A stretch of DNA of 64,000 nt from Firmicutes bacterium UBA5286 (GTDB lineage: Bacteria; Bacillota; Proteinivoracia; UBA4975): assembly GCA_002408465.1 (NCBI GenBank), contig DHSM01000006.1, forward strand, positions 131,392 through 195,391. Reading direction: 5' to 3'. Below are positions 56,063 through 64,000 of this stretch, piece after piece. Each line of letters begins with the position of its first letter. Position 1 is the stretch's first letter. The translations under genes were made by a program, and so were the position numbers. The notes under the pieces are model-generated. The model searched no databases, was not told the origin of the DNA, and saw nothing but the letters and a program-made list of their open reading frames with translations.

Positions 56063-56285
56063 CTTAATCACCCCCAAATTGGTAAACTTTGGCTTACCGT
56101 AATCCTAAAATCCCTTATATAGAATTATATACTATAGACGCAGGTTTTGAAGTTGGTAATTTTTGGCTGCGAGAGAACTTGCCCTGAACCAGGGGGATTC
56201 TCCGGTTTTTCTTCCCATAGGTTGATATTTATGGTAGCTTGTTCAATACCAGTAAGTATATCCCTAGCTGGAGGAAATAAACCTG

Positions 56286-56312
56286 CCGCTGATTCCGGCA
56301 GGTTGATATTAT
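56286..56312 (-). terminator. Possible terminator after the CoADR-rhodanese gene
   Basis: cctgccg-ctgattc-cggcagg with T-rich sequence following on minus. Confidence 0.4.
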
Positions 56313-56313
56313 T

Positions 56314-57951
56314 TTAGCCGATAATACTCATAGTGTAGCCTAAATAGCCGCCGGTGAGATTGTAGGCATCAAATCCCTTTTGGATGAGGAAGCGGAAGCC
56401 CACATTTGCCCGATAGCCCACACGGCAATAGATGACAACCTTTTTGTGCGGGTCAAGCTCCAGATAGCGCTTTCTCAACTCGTCCACAGGAATCAGAATT
56501 GCCCCCTCAACATGGCCTCTGTCATACTCTTCCTGGGTGCGGCAGTCAAGGATTGTTATATCTTCGCCTGTGCGCAATTCATCCAGCTGCCGGGGGGTAA
56601 TAATCCGCCCTTCCTGCCTGATAACATTGCTGGCGATCATCCCAGCCATGATCACGGGGTCCCTGGCGGAACCAAAGGGAGGGGCGTAAGCCAAGTCGAG
56701 ATTTTCCAGGTCGAAAACTGTCAGATTGGCATAGATGGCTGTAGACAATACGTCGATTCGCTTGTCGACACCTTCCCAGCCCACGATCTCCGCTCCGAGA
56801 ATCAGTCCGGTAAATTCCTCCACAACCAGTTTGCAAATCATCCACTTAGCCCCGGGATAATAGCCTGCATGATGAAGTGAGGGGCTGTAGCAGACGAAGT
56901 ATTTTCTTCCCAGTTCCTTTGCCTGTCCCTCAGTGAGTCCTGTGCGGGCAAGGGTAATGTCACAAGCCTTGATAATACTTGTACCCTGGACACCCTTAAA
57001 CAGCAATTTGCCGCCGGCAGCGTTGGCGCCGGCAACCCGGCCCTGCTTGTTGGCGCTGCCTGCCAGGGGAATGCGGATCATTTTTTTGGATACCAAATGC
57101 AAAGATTCTACGATATCGCCGGCGGCGTAAATGTCGGGATAACTTGTTTGCATGGTGGCATCGACCATCAGACCGCCACTTTCCCCGATTTGCAGCCCGG
57201 CTTTTTTCGCCAAATCCAGCTGGGGCTTGCTGCCAATAGCCACCACAACCAGATCAGCTTGAATTTTAGCGCCGTTAGAAAGCTCGACTTCTTCCACCCT
57301 AGCATTCCCTTTGATTGCAGTTAGCGCTGCTCCAAGGATTACGTGCATCCCTTTTTCCTGCAAATGCCTCTCTAGAGGAATTGAAAATTCGGGATCAAAG
57401 CCCCCAGCCAGCTGGGGCGCCAGTTCGACAATAGTTGTTTCAATCCCCTGGCTCAACAAGGCTTCAGCGGTTTCCAGGCCGATAAAACCGCCCCCTACCA
57501 CAATAGCAGATTTTACACCATCTAAGCCTTGTTTGACATTTACAGCTTCATCAACAGTAAACAAGTTATAGACACCCGGTAGATCGATTCCAGGGAGCGC
57601 AGGACTCACCGGCTTGCTGCCGGGAGCCAAAATCAGCTTGTCATAGTCTACCTTTTTTACGCCCTCTTCGCTTTGCACCTCAATGGCTTTTTCTTCGGGT
57701 AGAATCCTTAGCACTTCATGCTTCAATCTGACGTCTATATTAAATCTGTCTTTAAATAACTGAGCCGTAACCAGCAGGAGATTTTTCTTTTCCTTGATAT
57801 CTCCGCCCACATAATAGGGGAGACCACAGTTTGCAAAGGATACATACGGGCCTTTTTCAAAGATGATTATTTCTGCCTTCTCATTAACCCGCCTTGCCTT
57901 CACTGCTGCAGACGCCCCTGCAGCTACTCCGCCTACAACTATAATTTTCAT
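56314..57951 (-). CDS. CoA-disulfide reductase / NADH oxidase-family flavoprotein with C-terminal rhodanese domain
   Basis: FAD-binding GGVAAGAS, redox Cys in SFANCGLPY, NAD-binding GGGFIGLE, and a C-terminal rhodanese with active Cys (IYCRVGYRA). Start at MKIIVVGG. Confidence 0.85.
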   Translation of the reverse strand: MKIIVVGGVAAGASAAVKARRVNEKAEIIIFEKGPYVSFANCGLPYYVGGDIKEKKNLLLVTAQLFKDRFNIDVRLKHEVLRILPEEKAIEVQSEEGVKKVDYDKLILAPGSKPVSPALPGIDLPGVYNLFTVDEAVNVKQGLDGVKSAIVVGGGFIGLETAEALLSQGIETTIVELAPQLAGGFDPEFSIPLERHLQEKGMHVILGAALTAIKGNARVEEVELSNGAKIQADLVVVAIGSKPQLDLAKKAGLQIGESGGLMVDATMQTSYPDIYAAGDIVESLHLVSKKMIRIPLAGSANKQGRVAGANAAGGKLLFKGVQGTSIIKACDITLARTGLTEGQAKELGRKYFVCYSPSLHHAGYYPGAKWMICKLVVEEFTGLILGAEIVGWEGVDKRIDVLSTAIYANLTVFDLENLDLAYAPPFGSARDPVIMAGMIASNVIRQEGRIITPRQLDELRTGEDITILDCRTQEEYDRGHVEGAILIPVDELRKRYLELDPHKKVVIYCRVGYRANVGFRFLIQKGFDAYNLTGGYLGYTMSIIG

Positions 57952-57974
57952 AAATTTCCCTCCTTGCCCGGATA

Positions 57975-58012
57975 TTAAAAAAAAGATGGGGGGTCCTTTA
58001 AGGCCCCCCAAG
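57975..58012 (-). terminator. Terminator after the GntP permease gene
   Basis: ggggggtc-ctttaa-ggcccccc with A8 before on plus and T8 after on minus. Confidence 0.6.
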
Positions 58013-58114
58013 AAATACGTTTTTCCTGACCAGCCAACCGTCCCGGCTCACTTCCTGCCTGAACCCTTAAAAACAATGAAGAGTGCCGGCAACTAAGGTG
58101 CGATTGTACCGGTA

Positions 58115-59461
58115 TTACAAACCAAAGGGTGTGGCCCAAACTAAGGATAACAGATAGGTTACGATTAACGAGACTACCGACATGATACCACACACTGCAG
58201 AATAAGTTTTAAATCCGCCAGAGAGTGTAAGATTGGGCACCAAGGTAGATACCCAGAAACCGCTGTCATTCATCCACCTGATAGCCATGGCGCCGCCAAA
58301 GGCTGCGCAGGCAAGATACAGAGGAGAAACGCCAAGGGATGAAATATTAGGGGCAATCAAGCTGGCAGCTGTAATCATGCCGACAGTTCCTGATCCCTGT
58401 ACTGCGCCGATAATCGCGGCCACAACCCAGACAAAGAGAATGGGGCTGATGTTCCAGTTGGTCATCATTGCCGTTATGGACGCTCCGCTGCCACTGGCAT
58501 TGATAACTGCTGCAAAAGAGCCACCAGCGCCAGTAATCAAAAGGATTGTTCCCAGCACTGCCAGAGAGTCGGTCAAAGACTTGTTAGTCTTATCTCTGCC
58601 GATGACACCCCAGGAAATGATAATGGCAACAATCGCGCCAGCCAAGAGAGCAATTACCCTGTTGGACAGGAATTGCACATATGCAGGTATTTCCTCGGCA
58701 AAGGCGTTATAAACAGTTCCGAACAGAATCATGATAATGGGGAGGATGATTGGAATTATTGAAAGAATAAAGCTTGGAAGTTTGACGTTTTCTTCTTTCT
58801 TTACTTCTTCTTGTACAGCTTGCTCTTCATCTTTTTCAGGATCCCACTTGATAACCTTTTTGTCCAGCAGCACTTTATAGATGTAATAAGTGAGAACTGC
58901 GGAAACAGCTCCAATAACCACCCCGATGACAAACATCTGACCAATCGGGATTCCTAAAATTTCAGCGCCGGCTAAGGGGCCAGGGGTAGGCAAAATAAAG
59001 CAGTGGGCAATCCCTGCGCCAGCAACCAATGCTCCTAGATAATAGGGCAAGGGATGCCGGGTTACTTTGCTTAATCCTTTAGCGATGGGGGAAACGATGA
59101 CAAAGACGACGTCATAGAATACAGGAATAGAAGCCAGGAAACCTGTTGCAGCCATTGCCCAAGGAGTATTTTCCTTCTTCTTGATTCCCTTGAGGAAGCC
59201 ATTGGCGATTGATTCGACACCGCCGTAATCAGCTACCAGCTTGCCAATCATGATGCCGAAGGCGATAGGCAAGCCAATGCCTGTCATCAGACCGCCAAAG
59301 CCTGAAGAAATTGTGGACACAGTTTCAACAAGACCCAAACCGGAAGCGATTCCCAGATATAAGGAGCCGACTACTAATCCTATGGCAGCATTTAGTTTGA
59401 GATATGCCATGAGAAAAACCATTATTACTACTGCAATAAGCAGATGCACCAAAACTCCCAT
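58115..59461 (-). CDS. GntP-family permease (gluconate/organic-acid:H+ symporter family)
   Basis: 448 aa, about 12 TM. N-terminal LIAVVIMVFLMAYLKLNAAIGLV is typical of GntP/CitMHS-like permeases. Confidence 0.75.
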   Translation of the reverse strand: MGVLVHLLIAVVIMVFLMAYLKLNAAIGLVVGSLYLGIASGLGLVETVSTISSGFGGLMTGIGLPIAFGIMIGKLVADYGGVESIANGFLKGIKKKENTPWAMAATGFLASIPVFYDVVFVIVSPIAKGLSKVTRHPLPYYLGALVAGAGIAHCFILPTPGPLAGAEILGIPIGQMFVIGVVIGAVSAVLTYYIYKVLLDKKVIKWDPEKDEEQAVQEEVKKEENVKLPSFILSIIPIILPIIMILFGTVYNAFAEEIPAYVQFLSNRVIALLAGAIVAIIISWGVIGRDKTNKSLTDSLAVLGTILLITGAGGSFAAVINASGSGASITAMMTNWNISPILFVWVVAAIIGAVQGSGTVGMITAASLIAPNISSLGVSPLYLACAAFGGAMAIRWMNDSGFWVSTLVPNLTLSGGFKTYSAVCGIMSVVSLIVTYLLSLVWATPFGL

Positions 59462-59729
59462 TTTTTAAAACCTCCCTTAGAATTAGATCCTTTATTTAAC
59501 CTGTAAAACAACCAAAATCATTGAGTTTACATCCTACAGGATACAAGTTTCAAAGTATGGCCCCCTAACCCCTCTTGCGCGGTGTAAATATAGTTTTTAT
59601 CATTACAGTTGTTGAAGAGTAATGGGGCCAAGCCATCTAAGTTTACTTACAATCGGTGACCGCCAAGGGCGGCTGTCAAGGTCAGGAATGTTTTGTATCT
59701 TGATGCCTTGAGGCATCATTATCAAAGAC

Positions 59730-60338
59730 CTAGACTAAATTGTGGTCTTTTTGGATTTGCTCTAGTGTCCTCGGATTCTCTAACATGTCAAGAATGAAAC
59801 CTACGGCGAGACCAGCTGTCTTTGAAATTGTGCATTTTCCCGGAGCCAGGCAGCCTCTTTCCTTTTCTTCTTTGGAAAAATCAGCTTTTGCGACGGGGTT
59901 CCATGAATTCCACCATTTGCCAAAGCGTTTCCAGGTTACACTTCTGCAAGTTACGCCGCCGTATTCTTCCAGGAACTTCTGGCCAACAGTCTTGGCCACA
60001 TTATCAAAAGCGATCCAGCGGTAATCTTTGTTTTCCAGCTGTTTTTGCCGGTCTACGCCTGAGGCCAGGCTGATAGCAAAAGCCGCTCCTGTCAAGGCCC
60101 CGCAGTTGCCATCGCCCATGTTGGCATGTCCCCCGGAAAGGCCTACAAGACATTTGAAGATTGCTTCTTCAGATTCTTTATCTGTAAGCTCAACTCCATA
60201 TTCCCTTAATGTGTCAACAACAGCAACGAAAGTTGACTGTGCACAACCCCAATATTTAGTTGTATTCTCATACCCCAGTTGTACAGCCCTGTCAATGCAT
60301 TCCTGTTTGCATCCTGTACAATCATGCTTGCATCCCAT
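59730..60338 (-). CDS. C_GCAxxG_C_C family protein (putative redox-active)
   Basis: C...GCAQSTF...GGHANMGDGNCGALTGAAF... matches the C-GCAxxG-C-C cysteine pattern. Confidence 0.7.
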   Translation of the reverse strand: MGCKHDCTGCKQECIDRAVQLGYENTTKYWGCAQSTFVAVVDTLREYGVELTDKESEEAIFKCLVGLSGGHANMGDGNCGALTGAAFAISLASGVDRQKQLENKDYRWIAFDNVAKTVGQKFLEEYGGVTCRSVTWKRFGKWWNSWNPVAKADFSKEEKERGCLAPGKCTISKTAGLAVGFILDMLENPRTLEQIQKDHNLV

Positions 60339-60362
60339 CTGTATAACCTCCTTTATAATTTG

Positions 60363-60965
60363 TTATTTAAGATCCATCTCGGGTTCATGTTCTTTCCATA
60401 CCCAGGATTGGTCTTCAGGATTATTGATCAGATCCCAGATTGTCTCGACAGCCCAGCCGGCAGCCTTGGAGATGATACAGCCGTTGGCATGTCTGCACCC
60501 GACTTTTTCCGCTTGAGCGAACAATTCTTTGTTCCGGCCGGGGAACTGAGAGTCAAAGGCCATGCCGAATCTCTTCATGAGAATATTACGGCAGATAATG
60601 GAACCGTATTCCTTGACGAATTTGTCGCCAACGCCTTCTTTGACATTGTAATAGGAAATCCAGCGCTGCCACTTGCCGTTTTTCTCTTGTTCTTCTCTGC
60701 CGATTCCTACCGCCAGGCTGATGGCGGCGCTGGAACCCAAAACCGCGCCGCAAGTGCCAATGTGCATATTGCCGCAACCGCCGGTTAGACCAATGAGTGC
60801 CTTGAAGATTTCATTTTGCACTTCGGGAGAAACAAGCTCAATGCCTTCCTCTCTCAGTGCATCCAGGGCTGCGGAAAATGAACAGTGCGCGCAACCGACG
60901 AGAGTTCCCTGATACTGGAATGCAAGCTCTTTAGCCCTCTGAATACATCTCTCTTTGTTTTCCAC
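60363..60965 (-). CDS. C_GCAxxG_C_C family protein (tandem paralogue)
   Basis: Same Cys pattern (GCAHCSF...GGCGNMHIGTCGAVLG). Confidence 0.7.
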   Translation of the reverse strand: MENKERCIQRAKELAFQYQGTLVGCAHCSFSAALDALREEGIELVSPEVQNEIFKALIGLTGGCGNMHIGTCGAVLGSSAAISLAVGIGREEQEKNGKWQRWISYYNVKEGVGDKFVKEYGSIICRNILMKRFGMAFDSQFPGRNKELFAQAEKVGCRHANGCIISKAAGWAVETIWDLINNPEDQSWVWKEHEPEMDLK

Positions 60966-61006
60966 CTATTAGACCTCCTTATTTTTGCAGCCAAATAGCG
61001 GGATGT

Positions 61007-62668
61007 TTATTTTTTAAACACTGCTCCCTTGCTAGCTGACGATGCAAGTTTGGAATAATGGTACAAATAGCCTTTTTCTACTTTGGGTTTCGGGGGACAC
61101 CAGTTCAACTTTCTCTGTTCCAGCTCCTCCTGCGATAAATGCACCTCCAGTTTCTTAGCATTGATATCTATTTCTATGATATCTCCGTCTTGCAACAGAG
61201 CAATCGGACCACCCTCTGCCGCCTCAGGTGAAATGTGACCAATGGCCGGTCCTCTGGTTGCGCCGGAAAAGCGACCGTCTGTAATGATTGCAACATTCTT
61301 GTCCAGGCCCATGCCTACCAGGGCGGAGGTCGCGATCAGCATTTCCCGCATTCCCGGACCGCCTTTGGGTCCCTCATACCTGATTACAACGACATCTCCT
61401 TCTTTAATAGCTCCAGAGTATATCGCTTTCTGAGCATCTTCTTCCAAATCGAACACTCTAGCCGGGCCCACATGTTTCCACATTTCCGGTGCAACTGCTG
61501 TCCGCTTTACTGCAGCCCCTTCCGGCGCCAGGTTCCCTGCCAGTATGGCGATTCCACCGGTAGAATGCCAGGGGTTGTCCACAGTCCTGATTACATCATC
61601 CCGCTCAATGCAGGCGTTCTCAATTACTTGGCCAACAGTCTTTAAACCTACTGTCATGACACCTGTATTGATTAGTTTCTTCCGGGCCAGCTCCTTCATT
61701 ACTGCACTGACGCCGCCAGCTTCATAAAGATCCTGCAGGTGATGGGGGCCAGCGGGACTCATATTGCACAAATGGGGAGTCTTATCGCTGATTTCATTAA
61801 AGATCTCAAGATCGATTTCCATACCTGCCTCATAGGCAATCGCCGGCAGGTGCAAGACAGTATTTGTAGATCCGCCCAAAGCCACATCGACGACGATGGC
61901 ATTCCTCAAGCTCTCCATGGTAATAATGTCCAGGGGCCGTATATTCTGTTCCACCAGCTGGACAATCTGCCGGCCTGTTTGTTTTGCAAGGCGAATTCTT
62001 GCGGCATATACTGCAGGAATCGTTCCGTTGCCTGGCAGCGCCATCCCCATTGCTTCAGTCAGGCAGTTCATAGTGTTCGCCGTAAACATCCCAGAACATG
62101 AGCCACAGGTGGGGCAACCGCTATCTTCAATCTTGCTAAGTTCTTCAAGCCCCATTTTACCGGCAGCGTAACTGCCCTGGCATTCGCCTACATAGCTGAC
62201 ATCAATGTCCTTGCCTTTGTATCTTCCCGCCAGCATGGGACCGCCGCTGACAACTATCGCCGGGATATTCATCCTAACTGCGGCCATAAGCATTCCGGGA
62301 ACAATCTTGTCGCAGTTTGGCACCAAGACTAGCCCGTCGAATCTGTGGGCCTCAGTCATTATCTCTACCGAATCGGCAATATGCTCGCGGCTGGCCAGGG
62401 GATATCTCATGCCGGCATGCCCCATGGCAATGCCGTCACAGACCCCTATGGTTGGGAACTCAACTGGCATGCCGCCGGCGGCCCAAATACCTGCTTTTAC
62501 AGCTTCGGTAATGCTATCCAGGTTGGTATGACCGGGAACTATTTCGTTTTGGGAATTGGCAATGCCAATTATCGGTCGTGCTAAATCTTCATCTGAGTAG
62601 CCTGCTGCTTTAAGGAGTGATCTGTGCCATGCTCTGAAAGGGCCTTTTTTAATTTCATCGCTTCGCAA
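61007..62668 (-). CDS. ilvD: Dihydroxy-acid dehydratase
   Basis: IlvD/EDD family signatures ([17 protein letters not shown], Cys ligands for the Fe-S cluster). Confidence 0.9.
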   Translation of the reverse strand: MRSDEIKKGPFRAWHRSLLKAAGYSDEDLARPIIGIANSQNEIVPGHTNLDSITEAVKAGIWAAGGMPVEFPTIGVCDGIAMGHAGMRYPLASREHIADSVEIMTEAHRFDGLVLVPNCDKIVPGMLMAAVRMNIPAIVVSGGPMLAGRYKGKDIDVSYVGECQGSYAAGKMGLEELSKIEDSGCPTCGSCSGMFTANTMNCLTEAMGMALPGNGTIPAVYAARIRLAKQTGRQIVQLVEQNIRPLDIITMESLRNAIVVDVALGGSTNTVLHLPAIAYEAGMEIDLEIFNEISDKTPHLCNMSPAGPHHLQDLYEAGGVSAVMKELARKKLINTGVMTVGLKTVGQVIENACIERDDVIRTVDNPWHSTGGIAILAGNLAPEGAAVKRTAVAPEMWKHVGPARVFDLEEDAQKAIYSGAIKEGDVVVIRYEGPKGGPGMREMLIATSALVGMGLDKNVAIITDGRFSGATRGPAIGHISPEAAEGGPIALLQDGDIIEIDINAKKLEVHLSQEELEQRKLNWCPPKPKVEKGYLYHYSKLASSASKGAVFKK

Positions 62669-62691
62669 AATTCTCGCCTCCTTTTTCTGAT

Positions 62692-63705
62692 TTAGTTTTC
62701 CTTCTGTTTCTGTTGAAAAAGTTTATAGGCCACATCGATAATCATATCTTCCTGGCCGCCAACCATTTTTCTTTTGCCAAGTTCCGCCAGAATATCTCTG
62801 GGATCAAGCTTAAACCTCTTTGCCGCCCGCTCGGTATGAATCAAAAAGCTTGAATAGACACCGGCGTATCCCAGCATCAAGGCGGATTTATCAATAATTT
62901 GCGGTCTGGTGGCTATGGGGGCGAGGATATCTTCTGCTGCATCAACTATTTTGTAGAAATCTATTTTTGTGGGCTGATTGTACTTTTCCAATACCCCTAT
63001 TAGTACCTCAGTTTGAGCATTACCTGCTCCAGCCCCCAGACCGCGAAGTGAACCATCAAGATACGTTGCCCCGGCCTTAACCGCTGCCAAGGCATTGGCT
63101 ATGGCCAGTCCTAAATTGTTGTGGGCATGAAATCCCACAGGCACATGGAGATTGCTTTTCAGCTCGGCAATCTTTTCTCCGACTTCCTCCGGTAACATCG
63201 CTCCGGCGGAATCGGCCATGTAAACAACATCAGAGCCATAGGACTCAAGCAACTTTGCCTGTTCCAAGATCTTTGCCTTTGACTCCATATGGGACATCAT
63301 CAGAAAGCCAAAGGTTGTCAAACCTAGTTTTTTGCTGAACTTAATGTGCTGTTCGGCAATATCTGCTTCGGTAACATGAGTGGCAATACGTGCAGCTTTG
63401 GCGCCGTTTGCTTTTGCCATTTCCAAATCTTCAATAGTGCCAATGCCGGGAATGAGCAAAACGGTAAGATTGGCGTTTTTAATAACATTAGAAGCAACAG
63501 CTAACCTATCCTTATCACTGGTAAGCGCCCAGCCATAGTTTTGGGAAGAACCGCTGAGGCCATCACCATGACTAATTTCGATATAATCCACTCCTGCTTG
63601 ATCCAACCCTGCCGCCACATCTTTCACCTGGTCCAGGGTAAATTTATGAGATACTGCATGACTTCCGTCTCTAAGAGTGGTATCGACAATATTTATTTTT
63701 TGCAT
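62692..63705 (-). CDS. 4-hydroxy-2-oxovalerate aldolase (DmpG/BphI family)
   Basis: [21 protein letters not shown] and [13 protein letters not shown] match DmpG closely. Start at MQKINIVD. Confidence 0.8.
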   Translation of the reverse strand: MQKINIVDTTLRDGSHAVSHKFTLDQVKDVAAGLDQAGVDYIEISHGDGLSGSSQNYGWALTSDKDRLAVASNVIKNANLTVLLIPGIGTIEDLEMAKANGAKAARIATHVTEADIAEQHIKFSKKLGLTTFGFLMMSHMESKAKILEQAKLLESYGSDVVYMADSAGAMLPEEVGEKIAELKSNLHVPVGFHAHNNLGLAIANALAAVKAGATYLDGSLRGLGAGAGNAQTEVLIGVLEKYNQPTKIDFYKIVDAAEDILAPIATRPQIIDKSALMLGYAGVYSSFLIHTERAAKRFKLDPRDILAELGKRKMVGGQEDMIIDVAYKLFQQKQKEN

Positions 63706-63707
63706 TT

Positions 63708-64000
63708 CTAGCGCCCCACCTTTCCAGACATTGCAGCCACAAGTCTTTCGGCAGCAGCGACTGCGGCACAATTCATGATGTCAAGGTTGCCGGAATACTT
63801 TGGCAGGAAATCACCTTTGCCCTCAACTTCGACAATTACGGTAACCACACCATCTTCCAGCAGCGGCGGCACCCTAAGCCTGTATCCAGGCACATACGAT
63901 CCAACCTGCTTAACCATATCCATTACCGATTTTTCGATTGCCTGACAATCAGGTTTTTCAACTTTTACATAGATAGTATTGGTCATAATAATGGGAGGTT
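63708..64000 (-). CDS. Acetaldehyde dehydrogenase (acylating), DmpF-like, C-terminal part (partial; gene continues past the window end)
   Basis: ...VPGYRLRV...[35 protein letters not shown] matches the DmpF C-terminal dimerisation region. There is no SD before the internal Met, so the frame presumably continues upstream. Confidence 0.65.
   Translation of the reverse strand, partial: PPIIMTNTIYVKVEKPDCQAIEKSVMDMVKQVGSYVPGYRLRVPPLLEDGVVTVIVEVEGKGDFLPKYSGNLDIMNCAAVAAAERLVAAMSGKVGR

Noticed and set aside
56380-57571. Several plus-strand ORFs inside the CoADR gene
   Set aside because: They are antisense to a gene with clear FAD/NAD and rhodanese motifs. They lack RBSs and are typical GC-rich antisense frames.
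62692-63771. Calling this gene 2-isopropylmalate synthase because ilvD is adjacent
   Set aside because: Motifs ([30 protein letters not shown]) and a partial DmpF-like gene upstream match the DmpG aldolase / DmpF dehydrogenase pair rather than LeuA.

Overview
This 64 kb window is a chromosomal segment of a roughly 55% GC, spore-forming Firmicutes/Clostridia-type genome. Genes are tightly packed, SD-like RBSs are frequent, and a T-box leader precedes tyrS. I see no rRNA or tRNA genes, no CRISPR array and no recognisable transposase or integrase.

Gene content, in order along the window:
- Two ABC exporter genes at the left edge, a 5x LysM protein with internal 168-bp tandem repeats, a NUDIX hydrolase and a SurA-like lipoprotein.
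- A four-gene minus-strand operon: a P-loop AddB-N-like protein, a UvrD-family helicase, a Cas4/AddB-C-like Fe-S PD-(D/E)XK nuclease and recJ. This split, compact helicase-nuclease module fused to recJ is the most unusual system here.
- A sharply delimited low-GC (about 35-40%) island at about 11.7-15.1 kb. It carries a MacB-type ABC ATPase and two FtsX-family permeases, has a long imperfect palindrome on its left flank and a frameshifted ABC exporter remnant on its right flank.
- An ABC-2 ATPase with two permeases, followed by three small hypothetical genes (one a membrane-anchored Mrr-like nuclease-fold protein).
- pepF, tyrS with its T-box leader, plsC, and a DUF3798-type lipoprotein with a CUT2-like ABC transporter.
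- zupT, a D-Ala-D-Ala carboxypeptidase, and a second membrane-anchored Mrr_cat-like protein with PEPEP repeats.
- A LysO-like membrane protein, a His-kinase / REC / hybrid-kinase phosphorelay and an hsp20 gene.
- An ECF transporter (S, T, A1, A2) co-transcribed with an Asp/Glu/hydantoin racemase.
- A ygeX-ygeY-ygeW, carbamate kinase and CN-hydrolase cluster, two hydantoinase/dihydropyrimidinase genes and a YheO-type regulator.
- A G5/3D YabE-like protein, a CoA-disulfide-reductase-rhodanese fusion, a GntP permease and two tandem C_GCAxxG_C_C paralogues.
- ilvD, a dmpG-like aldolase and a partial dmpF-like gene at the right edge.

All domain and family calls come from reading motifs in the supplied translations; no searches were run.
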